NCBI GenBank assembly: GCA_963755915.1
Contig: CAVWLP010000002.1
Coordinates: forward strand, 224,001-288,000
Direction: 5' to 3'
Source of the DNA: an uncultured Phycisphaerales bacterium
GTDB taxonomy: Bacteria > Planctomycetota > Phycisphaerae > Tepidisphaerales > Tepidisphaeraceae
Length of the DNA: 64,000 bases
How positions within the stretch are numbered: position 1 is the stretch's first letter; every line of letters begins with the position of its first letter. Shown one piece after another: positions 32,301 to 41,346 of the stretch. The notes under the pieces are model-generated. The model was given only the letters and a program-made list of their open reading frames with translations, ran no database searches and was not told the origin of the DNA. A program made the position numbers and the translations under genes.

Positions 32301-34685
32301 CTACACCGCCGTCCGGCCTTCATATTGCCCGTATTCCAGCCACTGGATAAATCCATCGGGATATTTCCCCGCGGTCACGGCCGCCGCCACGTCCGGATTG
32401 TCCGCCAGATAAATCTGCTCGTTGTAATAGTCGCTGGCGACGCGCCCCTCGAACTGGCCGTATTCGACATATTGCTCGAAAGCTGAGGTGAACGGTTCAC
32501 CGGTGATATAAGGAAGAATGTCCTGGTTGTCCGCCTCGTAAACCGACTGCGAGAAATAGAGCATCGGGCTGCGCCCCTCGTACTGACCGAAATCGGAGAA
32601 GTGCTCAAAGGCGGAGCTCACGGTTCCCGATTGAACCGCCGCGGCCACGTCGGCGTTGTTCTGAAGGTAGTAGGTGTTGTTGAAATAAAGCAGTCCCCCG
32701 CGGCCCTCATATTGCCCAAACTGGTAATACTGCATGAAGCCCGAGGTGACCGTGTGGAGTGCCACGGCCTGCGCCACATCCGGATTGTTCGCCAGGTACC
32801 ACGCTTCGTTCCAATATGGACTGGGGCTATACCCCTCATACTGGCCGTACTCAAGATAATGGGCATACCCGCTGGCAAACTGCCCATCCGCCACCGCCGC
32901 CGCCACGTTGGGATATTTCTGGAGATAGTAGCTCTCGTCGAAAAGCGAGTTCTGGCTGACGATCGTCTCCGTGCCCAGCAGCATCTTGGTGCCGTTGGTT
33001 AAAATGGCATAGATATAGGCCTCATGGCTGCCGGTGCTGAGCATTGGAGTCGAGTAGTCGAACCCGTGATTGGTGGAGCCGATGACGTCCTGGAGATCGC
33101 CGCGGCTCGTATCCGCTGAAAATGTCTGCGTCGTCCCGTCGAGGATTTCGACCTCAACATTGATCGACGCGGTGGGATCGGTTGGATCGAACGCCCACCC
33201 GCTGATCTGCCCCCAGTTGGCGACATCCACCCATCCCGGCGCGGCAACGGTGAACGCAACCGACGTGGCGCTGCTGAGCGACCCATCGCTGGCGGAAAGT
33301 GTGTAGCGCCCCGGCGTGTCGATGACGACGTCGTTAAACGTCGCCACGCCGTTGACGGCCGTCGCCGTCAGTGTCCCGCCAAGCGTTCCGGGCCCGCCGG
33401 CCAGCGAAAGCGTGACCGTCGAGTCGTCGGTGCCGATCAGGTGCCCCGCGCTGTCCTCGACTTCAACCACAATCGACGGCGCGATGGCTTCGTAAGGGTA
33501 AACCGTGGTCGGTTCCTGCACGAACGCCACTTGCGATGCCGATCCCAGCGTCACGTTTCCGCCAACCAGCGCGTTAACGATCTTGTCGACATTCGGGCTG
33601 CCCAGCCCCGTCAGTCCCCCGCCAGTGACATCGTTAAAATCGCCTGAAGGCAGCGCGTGAAGATCGGGAATCGTCTGGCTCGGCCCGTCCAGCGATCCGA
33701 CACCGCGCAGCGCCCGACCCTGATCCACCAGTGCGATAATCGCCGCCCACTGCGGCGACCCGGCGCTGGTCCCGCCCACAACCTGCCATCCTTCGTTTCC
33801 CTGGTATGGAATCGAATCATAAACCAGAAAACCCGTGCTGGGATTCGCATCGTAAGCCACGTCCGGCTTGTCCGTATGCTCGTAGGGGCTCACTCCCCCA
33901 CCGCTGTCAGACCAGGCCGACTCACTGAGCCAATCGCCGTTGTCATCCACGTTCAGCGTCGTCCCGCCAACCGCCAGAACTTCTGGCGATGTCGATGGAT
34001 AATTCGGCGCCCCGTCATCCCCCGAAGCCGCGACGAAAGTGACGCCCTCGTGCCCTGTGGGCGTTGTGAAATCCGAATCGTACGCCGTCTCTCCAGAAAA
34101 CTCCGGTGAATCGCCCCAGCTCATCGAAACCGCAACCACGCCCGCCTGGTCTGCCGCCCACGCCGCCGCGCTGCTGAGCGCGGGAACCGTATCCGAATTC
34201 GCCTCCACCAGGAGAATGTTCGCCTCGGGAGCGATCGCATGCGCCCATTCCACGTCCAGCGATTCCTCCGTGGCCCACCCGGCATTCGTTTGCACCGCCC
34301 CGCCCCCCGGCGTGGCGACCGTCAGCACGAACTGCCCATTGGCATTGTCATTGGTGATCCCGAAATTCGCGTCAAACGTCTCCAGATCGCTGGAGATGTC
34401 CGGATCACCAAACGCATCAACGATGGCAATTGTTTCACCCGCCCCGGTCGCGGAAACCGTCTGCCCATTGACGGAGAACGCCAGGTTGTCGAAATCGTAT
34501 GCCTGCTCGATCATCGCCGGCGAAAGGTTCTGCGGCGACCCGGAGACATCGTCCAGCGGCTTTTCAACGAGCGACAACTGCACCGTCGAAGTCGCCGACA
34601 GCAGGATTCGCGATTCAAGGGATTCAAGATTATGCCGGCCGGAAAATCGGCGGGATCTCTTTGCGGATTTACGACTTGCCACCAT
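32301..34685 (-). CDS. secreted S53 (sedolisin-like) peptidase with Ig-like linker and five 43-aa C-terminal repeats
   Basis: LESLESRILLS motif; GAGETIAIVDA, EESLDVEWAHAIAP, ASGD, GGTSAGSP; repeats F..YYL..NPDVA.AV....F..Y...GQYEGR. Confidence 0.85.
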   Translation of the reverse strand: MVASRKSAKRSRRFSGRHNLESLESRILLSATSTVQLSLVEKPLDDVSGSPQNLSPAMIEQAYDFDNLAFSVNGQTVSATGAGETIAIVDAFGDPDISSDLETFDANFGITNDNANGQFVLTVATPGGGAVQTNAGWATEESLDVEWAHAIAPEANILLVEANSDTVPALSSAAAWAADQAGVVAVSMSWGDSPEFSGETAYDSDFTTPTGHEGVTFVAASGDDGAPNYPSTSPEVLAVGGTTLNVDDNGDWLSESAWSDSGGGVSPYEHTDKPDVAYDANPSTGFLVYDSIPYQGNEGWQVVGGTSAGSPQWAAIIALVDQGRALRGVGSLDGPSQTIPDLHALPSGDFNDVTGGGLTGLGSPNVDKIVNALVGGNVTLGSASQVAFVQEPTTVYPYEAIAPSIVVEVEDSAGHLIGTDDSTVTLSLAGGPGTLGGTLTATAVNGVATFNDVVIDTPGRYTLSASDGSLSSATSVAFTVAAPGWVDVANWGQISGWAFDPTDPTASINVEVEILDGTTQTFSADTSRGDLQDVIGSTNHGFDYSTPMLSTGSHEAYIYAILTNGTKMLLGTETIVSQNSLFDESYYLQKYPNVAAAVADGQFASGYAHYLEYGQYEGYSPSPYWNEAWYLANNPDVAQAVALHTVTSGFMQYYQFGQYEGRGGLLYFNNTYYLQNNADVAAAVQSGTVSSAFEHFSDFGQYEGRSPMLYFSQSVYEADNQDILPYITGEPFTSAFEQYVEYGQFEGRVASDYYNEQIYLADNPDVAAAVTAGKYPDGFIQWLEYGQYEGRTAV

Positions 34686-34998
34686 ATACCTCGCGATTTC
34701 TTTGGACACAAACGAATCGGCAACCAGTAACTCTAGCCGCCGCAAACAACACGCGCCCCCGCAATTTCCGCGAAAAATCAATCTTTTTCTGACTTGATTC
34801 ATCCGCATGATTTGCTCGCCGGGGCCAGAAATAACGCACCCCGCCTTAAGGCAACATGACGGATTCATCAAATATCCCGGCTAAATCCCCAAACCTCGAA
34901 TTCCCCGATTTTCGCCACTGAAAAGCCGCCTGTTGCAAAAAACCACCCCCCGCGATAAAGTCCTAGGCTCGAATTTTTCAAAAAGATAAGGATCTGCA

Positions 34999-35259
34999 AT
35001 GGCACGCGCCTGCTACTTTACCGGCAAGAAAACCAGCTTCGGCAACAAGGTCAGCCACCGCGGCAAAGCGAAGTACCTCGGTGGCGTCGGAACCAAGATC
35101 ACCGGCATCACCTCTCGCAAATTCAAGGCCAACATCCAGAAAGTCCGCGCCGTCGTCAACGGCCGCATCGTCCGGATCAAGGTCAGCGCCAAGGCCATCC
35201 GCAATGGATTGGTCATCAAGCCCGTCCAGCGCAAGTATTCCAAGCCTGCCGCCGCCTGA
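34999..35259 (+). CDS. rpmB: 50S ribosomal protein L28
   Basis: MARACYFTGKK..FGNKVSH...RKFKANIQ...IKVSAKAIR. Confidence 0.95.
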   Translation: MARACYFTGKKTSFGNKVSHRGKAKYLGGVGTKITGITSRKFKANIQKVRAVVNGRIVRIKVSAKAIRNGLVIKPVQRKYSKPAAA

Positions 35260-35271
35260 GGACTTTGGCAA

Positions 35272-35589
35272 ATGGCCGACCAGAAGATCACGCTCGATCA
35301 GGTCGCACACGTAGCCAAACTGTCGCGCCTGGCCCTGGACCAAGAGCGGCTGAGCAAGTTCTCGACTCAGCTCGCTTCTATCCTTGAGTATGTGGATAAA
35401 ATAGGGGAAGTGGACACAACCGGCGTCGAGCCCATGGCCCACGCCCTGCCGATTCATAATATTTTCAGAGAAGACGTCGTCGAGCCCAGCCTTCCCCTCG
35501 AAAAAGTGCTGGAAAACGCCCCGGAATCCGATGGGCCCTTCTTCAAGGTTCCCAAGGTCATCGGCGGCGACGAAGATTCAGCGGGTTGA
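35272..35589 (+). CDS. gatC: Asp/Glu-tRNA amidotransferase subunit C
   Basis: VAHVAKLSRL, VDTTGVEP, REDVV, NAP...FFKVPKVI. Confidence 0.95.
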   Translation: MADQKITLDQVAHVAKLSRLALDQERLSKFSTQLASILEYVDKIGEVDTTGVEPMAHALPIHNIFREDVVEPSLPLEKVLENAPESDGPFFKVPKVIGGDEDSAG

Positions 35590-35801
35590 ACCGCCCACCG
35601 CGCGTAAAATTCACGCCAAATTTTTCAAAGATTTTTTTTACGCTAACGTCCGATTATTAGCATTGACTCGGATTACAGTTAGCCACTAAAGAGGTTAACC
35701 AGAGCCGCAGAAAGGTCGTTTCGCTCTGCATGGCTTAAGGTTAATAGCCGAAGATATAAGCTGACGCCGTGATGTAGCTGGCCCAGCGAAACCCCAATGA
35801 C

Positions 35802-36959
35802 ATGAACGGCGCAAGGCGATTATTGGACGCAGGCGTAATGTCGAGCCTTCCGCACAAAGCTTCCTTCATGGTGATCGGGTCCGAAAATCCGCGAATTCGC
35901 GACTTTTTCGGACAAGTCGGCCATTTTGGCGAAATCAGTTATCTGGATATGGAGCCGCTGAATCGGCGCACTTCAATCGACCAGATGGCCTCCTGCTGGC
36001 GCTGGCGCAAACCCCGCGAAGGATTCGAGGAAGCCCGCACCTGCGTCCCCCGCCGCTGGAGCGAAGTTTCCAGCGCCGTCGTCCATTGGTTCCTGCGCCG
36101 GCGTTTCGCCGATGCCGGCCGGCCCGACGCGGTCGTATTCACCTGGCCCCATCTTGCTCCCCTCTGCGAAAAATTGCCCGACCTTTTCCGAATCTATTAT
36201 TGCAAGGACCCCTTCGACCGCTGGCCCGGCGCGACGCCCGATACAAAAAAAATGGAGCAGCGCCTCCTCGACACCTGCGACATGGTCTTCGCCGTCTCCC
36301 GCCAGCTCGCCGAAGACTTCGCCCCGCGCTTGCGCGGCAAGGTGATCTATCTCCCCAATGCCGTCGACGACGGCTTCCTCACCCTCCCGCGCCAGCCCAG
36401 GCCGGAGGATCTCCCGACCGATCGCCCGATCGTCGGCTGTATCGGACAAATCAACTACACCTACGACCTCGGTTACATGCAGAAACTTGCCGCGCTCATG
36501 CCCGAAGTCACCTTCTGCTACATCGGAGAAGTAGTCGAATACGACTGGGCCCAGCGCAAGCGGCTTCTCGCCTGGCTCCGCCGCACCGAAAACGTCGTCT
36601 GGCTCGGCGCCAAGCCCCACCGCGAGCTGCCGGCCTATATCCATAATTTCGATCTCTGTCTCAATTGCCTGCACGTCGACGACAACAACAACCGCCGCTC
36701 GCCCCTGCGGCTTTATGACTATCTCACCACCGAGCGCCCCGTCGTCAGCACCCCGGTCCGCGAAGCCTACGAGCATCTTCCCCACATCCTGCTGGCCGAT
36801 TCCCCTGAGCAGGCCGCCGCAATGATCCGCGATTCTTTCAGCGGCAAACGCCGCGTCGATCTTCCCCGCCGCCGGGCCTACATCCGCCAGAACACCTGGT
36901 CCGTCCGCGCCCGGCAGTTCCTGGGCCATCTGCGCCAATCGGGATTGAAAGCAGCCTGA
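35802..36959 (+). CDS. glycosyltransferase (GT-B fold, TuaH-like)
   Basis: IYYCKD, YLPNAVD, GCIG, LGAKPHRELPAY...D, SPLRLYDYL...PVVST. Confidence 0.8.
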   Translation: MNGARRLLDAGVMSSLPHKASFMVIGSENPRIRDFFGQVGHFGEISYLDMEPLNRRTSIDQMASCWRWRKPREGFEEARTCVPRRWSEVSSAVVHWFLRRRFADAGRPDAVVFTWPHLAPLCEKLPDLFRIYYCKDPFDRWPGATPDTKKMEQRLLDTCDMVFAVSRQLAEDFAPRLRGKVIYLPNAVDDGFLTLPRQPRPEDLPTDRPIVGCIGQINYTYDLGYMQKLAALMPEVTFCYIGEVVEYDWAQRKRLLAWLRRTENVVWLGAKPHRELPAYIHNFDLCLNCLHVDDNNNRRSPLRLYDYLTTERPVVSTPVREAYEHLPHILLADSPEQAAAMIRDSFSGKRRVDLPRRRAYIRQNTWSVRARQFLGHLRQSGLKAA

Positions 36960-37100
36960 TCTGCCCAAAGCAAAAAGATCTGGGCGATCAGCAATCTCTC
37001 GCAACCCCTGAAATCAGGGTATTTTTGAGGTTTCCCGCTTGGTTTTGGCCCGCAATTGCGTGTAAATTGGGCTTGGGGTTTGCAGCGGTATAGAGACGTT

Positions 37101-37931
37101 ATGTCCAAATCGCAACGCCTCACGCTTAAGCAAATCCGCCAGGTTCATGAGTTGATCGATCGCATTCGCGACTTCGGCGATCGTCCCGAAATCTGGCAGC
37201 GCATCGCCCTCGAAGGGCTGCTGCGCCTTCTGGGGGGAAACATCGGCTTCTCCGTCGATATCCGCCTCTCACCGCAGGGCGTTCCCCAACTGATCGACCC
37301 CATCGACACCGGCTGGCAGACGGAATCCGCCCGGCGGCGGTTTGAAGAATATGCCGTCTCCGGCGAAATGGCCGCCGATCCCGGAACTATCAAACTGCTC
37401 GAAGCCCAGAAAAAATCCCGTTTCCTCACCGTGACGCGCCGCCAGTTGGTCGATGACCGAATCTGGTATCGCTCTCGCTGCGTCTCCGAAGCCCGGCGGT
37501 CGGGGGACGTGGACGACTTCGTGATCTATAGCGCCGCGCTCATGCCCAAGGGCAGCCAGGGATTGATTATCTACCGCGCCTGGGACGACAAGCCGTTTGA
37601 GCCGCGCCATCGCCGAATCATGCAGTTCTTTGGGTTCGAACTGCTGCGGGCAATCAGGAGCAGCCGCACGACCACGCCGGTTCACACCTATCTGCCCCAG
37701 CTCCCGCCACGGCTGCGCGGGACTTTCGAATTGATGCTCTCACCTCTCAGTCACAAGCAGATCGCTGAAACGCTTCATCTCAGCCACCACACCATCAACG
37801 ACTACCAGAAACAGATCTACAAAATGTTTTCCGTCAACAGCCGGCCGGAGCTTATGTGCCTGTTTCGCCCCAGTAAATTGCCGATTCGTCTGCCGCCAGG
37901 ACTATGGGAAGACGCGCCCGGTAGCGCATGA
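37101..37931 (+). CDS. LuxR-type HTH regulator with N-terminal sensor domain
   Basis: C-terminal LPPRLR..F.L....SHKQIA..L.LS.HT...Y.K.IYK.F.VNSR.EL. Confidence 0.8.
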   Translation: MSKSQRLTLKQIRQVHELIDRIRDFGDRPEIWQRIALEGLLRLLGGNIGFSVDIRLSPQGVPQLIDPIDTGWQTESARRRFEEYAVSGEMAADPGTIKLLEAQKKSRFLTVTRRQLVDDRIWYRSRCVSEARRSGDVDDFVIYSAALMPKGSQGLIIYRAWDDKPFEPRHRRIMQFFGFELLRAIRSSRTTTPVHTYLPQLPPRLRGTFELMLSPLSHKQIAETLHLSHHTINDYQKQIYKMFSVNSRPELMCLFRPSKLPIRLPPGLWEDAPGSA

Positions 37932-38000
37932 CGCATCGTCGGCCACCTCCCGCGCAACCCTGTTTACTTTCCCCGCCCCCGCCTCTACCTTTTCCCCACT

Positions 38001-39470
38001 GTGACCCTCGAATTCGACACGCTTCTGGCCGCGCGCGACGCCGTCCGCACGCGCAAGATTTCTTCGCTGGAACTGACCCGCCAAGCGCTGGCCCGCATCG
38101 ACGCCGTCGAGGGGCAGATCCAGGCTTTCAACAGCGTCTATCCGGATCGCGCACTTCAAATCGCCAAGGAAGTCGACGAGGGCAAACGCAAAGGCCCGCT
38201 GGCCGGCGTGCCCATCGCTCTCAAGGACAATCTCTGCACGAGCTGGGGAACCACCACGTGCAGCTCGCGCATGCTGGCCAATTTCCGCGCCCCCTACGAC
38301 GCCACCATCTGCAAAATGCTCGATGCCGCCGGCGCGGTCGTCGTCGGCAAGACCAATCTCGACGAATTCGCCATGGGCTCTTCCACTGAAAACAGCGCCT
38401 TCAAGGTCACCCGCAACCCCTGGGACACCGCCCGCGTCCCCGGCGGCAGCAGCGGTGGGTCCGCCGCGGCGCTCGCCTCCGGAATGTGCTGCGCTTCCCT
38501 CGGCTCCGACACCGGTGGCTCCATCCGCCAGCCCGCTTCCCTCTGCGGCGTCGTCGGCCTCAAGCCCACCTACGGCCGCGTCAGCCGCTACGGCCTCGTC
38601 GCCTTCGCCTCCAGCCTCGATCAGATCGGCCCCTTCGGCTGGAACGTCCCGGACGTCGCCCTGATGATGAACGTCATCAGCGGTCGCGATCCCAAGGATT
38701 CCACCAGCGTCGACCGCGCCGTGCCCGACTATCTCCAGGACCTCGACCACCCCCTCAAGGGCCTGCGAATCGGCATCGCCAAAGAGTACCAGCTTGCCGG
38801 TGGATTAGATCCGCAAGTAAAAGATGCGATATCCGCCGCCGTGAAAAAATACCAGGAGATGGGCGCGACGCTCGTCGACGTCTCCCTCCCCCACACCGAA
38901 TACGGCATCGCCGCTTACTACGTCATCGCTCCCTGCGAAGCCAGCAGCAACCTCGCCCGCTACGACGGCGTCCACTTCGGCCACCGCACCAAGGAGCCGG
39001 TGAAGGACATCATCGAGCTCTTCAGCAAATCCCGCGCGGAAGGTTTCGGCGAGGAAGTCCAGCGCCGAATCATGATCGGAACCTTCGCCCTCTCCGCCGG
39101 TTATTCCAGCAAGTATTACCTCCAGGCCCTGAAAATGCGGGCCCTCATCAAGCGGGATTTCGACGAAGCTTTCGAGAAATGCGACGCAATCCTCTGCCCC
39201 ACCAGCCCAACCGCCGCCTTCAAGGCCGGCGAAAAAACCGGCGACCCGCTTCAGATGTATCTCTGCGACGTCTTCACCGTCACCTGCAACATCGCCGGCA
39301 TCGCTGGCATCAGCCTCCCCTGCGGCTTCACGACCGGACCCAAGCCCCTGCCCATCGGCATGCAACTCCTCGGACCCACCTTCGGCGAAGAAAAGCTCCT
39401 CCGAATCGCCCGGATGTATGAGATGGCTACCGATTGGCACAAACGCCGGCCGGCGCTGCACCCCGTGTGA
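38001..39470 (+). CDS. gatA: Asp/Glu-tRNA amidotransferase subunit A
   Basis: GKTNLDEFAMGSSTE, PGGSSGGSA, GSDTGGSIRQPA, SSNLARYDG, EVQRRIMIGT. Confidence 0.97.
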   Translation: MTLEFDTLLAARDAVRTRKISSLELTRQALARIDAVEGQIQAFNSVYPDRALQIAKEVDEGKRKGPLAGVPIALKDNLCTSWGTTTCSSRMLANFRAPYDATICKMLDAAGAVVVGKTNLDEFAMGSSTENSAFKVTRNPWDTARVPGGSSGGSAAALASGMCCASLGSDTGGSIRQPASLCGVVGLKPTYGRVSRYGLVAFASSLDQIGPFGWNVPDVALMMNVISGRDPKDSTSVDRAVPDYLQDLDHPLKGLRIGIAKEYQLAGGLDPQVKDAISAAVKKYQEMGATLVDVSLPHTEYGIAAYYVIAPCEASSNLARYDGVHFGHRTKEPVKDIIELFSKSRAEGFGEEVQRRIMIGTFALSAGYSSKYYLQALKMRALIKRDFDEAFEKCDAILCPTSPTAAFKAGEKTGDPLQMYLCDVFTVTCNIAGIAGISLPCGFTTGPKPLPIGMQLLGPTFGEEKLLRIARMYEMATDWHKRRPALHPV

Positions 39471-39471
39471 A

Positions 39472-41343
39472 TCACGGCGAAGGCTGATCGAACAGATAAA
39501 TCGTCCCGTTCAAAACCTCAAACGGTTTCATCTTCGCAAATTTGCTGTAAATATCCCGGTAAACCTCCGGCGCGACATACGTCCCCTGAAGATTCACCGC
39601 GCTGATCGCATAAACCGGCGGCAACCCCGACGGCGACGATTCATCCTGATGCTCCAGCCCGCCTCCCTTCATCTCAATATACGCGATCTTGTAAAACCGC
39701 GGATCAGGCAGCGCAAACTGGCTCAGATATAGCTGCCGATCCGGATGCTCCCGCTGCCATTGCGCCAGCGCGGGAAGATCCTGCCCCCAATCGAGGTTCG
39801 CGTCGCTGAGCAACCGAATTCCCCCGCGCGATCCGCCCGCCGCCGCGTTGAAAAACGGAATGTAGTTTGGATACGCCGCGATGGTTTCAGTCAACAGCCC
39901 GCCCAGAAGCACGAGCAGAATTCCCGCGGTTAGCTTCGGCCTCCGCTGATAAGCTGCGGCCGCGGCCACTCCCACGAGAATAAATAGAAACGGATAGACC
40001 GGCAGAATATGCCGAAGCCCGATGTTGAGATTGCTGCGCATCGCAACCGCCATATAAAACACCGGTGCGATGGTCAGCGCGCAAATCGGCCAGCCCCTGG
40101 AAGCAATTTTGCTCCGCAACATCGCCGCGCCGATCACAAGCGCCGTCACCACCGCAATCAGAGTCGCAACCGGTGTCTTGAAGAGAATCGCCAGCGGAAA
40201 GTAATACCACCATCCCTGAATACGAATCTCCCCGCAGAGAAACGCCCGCCGAGCCATCGCCGTGCCGTAGGTATATAGGAATCCGAACAGCCACGCCTGG
40301 GGAACGAGATGGTCCGCATTGACGACCCGCCCCGCACGGACAACGAAATCCGGCTTCCACTGTGCAAGCCACTTGTTGTATTGCTCAATCGAAACCTCTG
40401 TAGGAACCGGATTCTGCCGAAGCTGCATCTCGTTTTCCCCGATGTCGACAATCGGCTCTTTGAAATCAAACTTGACCGAAGGGTCGGGGCTCGGCCCAAA
40501 CCGAAAGCCATAGCACAGCCAAATGAAGAAATACCCAAACAACAGACAAGAAATCAGTACTAGCGCCGACGCCCCCAGCCGCTTCGCGCGCGTCGTCAGC
40601 GTCCAGCCCCAAAATAGCCATTCGCACTTCATCATCGACCGGCAAAACAGCGCAATCACCAGCATCGGAATCGCCAGAACCCCCGAAAACTTCGTCGTCA
40701 GCGCCGCCCCCACCAGCACCATGATCGCGACACACCGCGGCCACGTTCCCCTCTCCCCCAGCAGCCAAACCGCCATCATCAGCAGCACAAACACCAGCGT
40801 AATCGGCACATCGTTTTTCACGATCGGCGTATTCGCCAGGAAATTCGGATCCAGCGCAAACACCCCCGCCGCCACCACCCCCGCCAGCGGCCCTCGCAAT
40901 CTCCACGCCCACCACGCAATAACCCCTCCCAGCGCCACGCCGATCAAAACCATCCGCAATCGCGCCGCCCGAAGCAATCCATCCGGATCCGCCCCCGGAG
41001 TCTGATAAAACGTCTCATCCGAAAACAAAACCTCCCCGCCCGGAATCGACCTCAGCATGTAATCCCACCGCGGCGACCGAAAATTAACTGCGATATCCTC
41101 CTGGCTCGTCCCCAGGGCCGCATAATATTTCCAAAGCGGCGGATCCTCCGGATTGCACCGGAAATCCCCATAGTGCATCTGAAGCCACCCCGAAAGATAA
41201 TGAAACGGCTCATCAAAAATCGCCGACTTTCCAGACCACGCTCCAAACCCAATCGCTCCAAACGCAATCAAAAATCCCACGCACGCGAGCAATGCGAGAA
41301 AGTTCTGCCGGCCGGAATTCGCGGAAATCTTAGGATTGCTCAT
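39472..41343 (-). CDS. GT-C fold membrane glycosyltransferase (ArnT/PMT-like), paralog 2
   Basis: FDEP, NPEDPPLWK, ARL, KFSG, WYYFP, NIGLRHILPVYP, SDANLDWGQDL. Confidence 0.8.
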   Translation of the reverse strand: MSNPKISANSGRQNFLALLACVGFLIAFGAIGFGAWSGKSAIFDEPFHYLSGWLQMHYGDFRCNPEDPPLWKYYAALGTSQEDIAVNFRSPRWDYMLRSIPGGEVLFSDETFYQTPGADPDGLLRAARLRMVLIGVALGGVIAWWAWRLRGPLAGVVAAGVFALDPNFLANTPIVKNDVPITLVFVLLMMAVWLLGERGTWPRCVAIMVLVGAALTTKFSGVLAIPMLVIALFCRSMMKCEWLFWGWTLTTRAKRLGASALVLISCLLFGYFFIWLCYGFRFGPSPDPSVKFDFKEPIVDIGENEMQLRQNPVPTEVSIEQYNKWLAQWKPDFVVRAGRVVNADHLVPQAWLFGFLYTYGTAMARRAFLCGEIRIQGWWYYFPLAILFKTPVATLIAVVTALVIGAAMLRSKIASRGWPICALTIAPVFYMAVAMRSNLNIGLRHILPVYPFLFILVGVAAAAAYQRRPKLTAGILLVLLGGLLTETIAAYPNYIPFFNAAAGGSRGGIRLLSDANLDWGQDLPALAQWQREHPDRQLYLSQFALPDPRFYKIAYIEMKGGGLEHQDESSPSGLPPVYAISAVNLQGTYVAPEVYRDIYSKFAKMKPFEVLNGTIYLFDQPSP

Positions 41344-41346
41344 CGC

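Noticed and set aside
32301-32945. Regularly spaced DNA repeats as a CRISPR array
   Set aside because: They are 129-bp in-frame protein repeats with synonymous variation; no cas genes and no constant-repeat/unique-spacer structure anywhere in the window.
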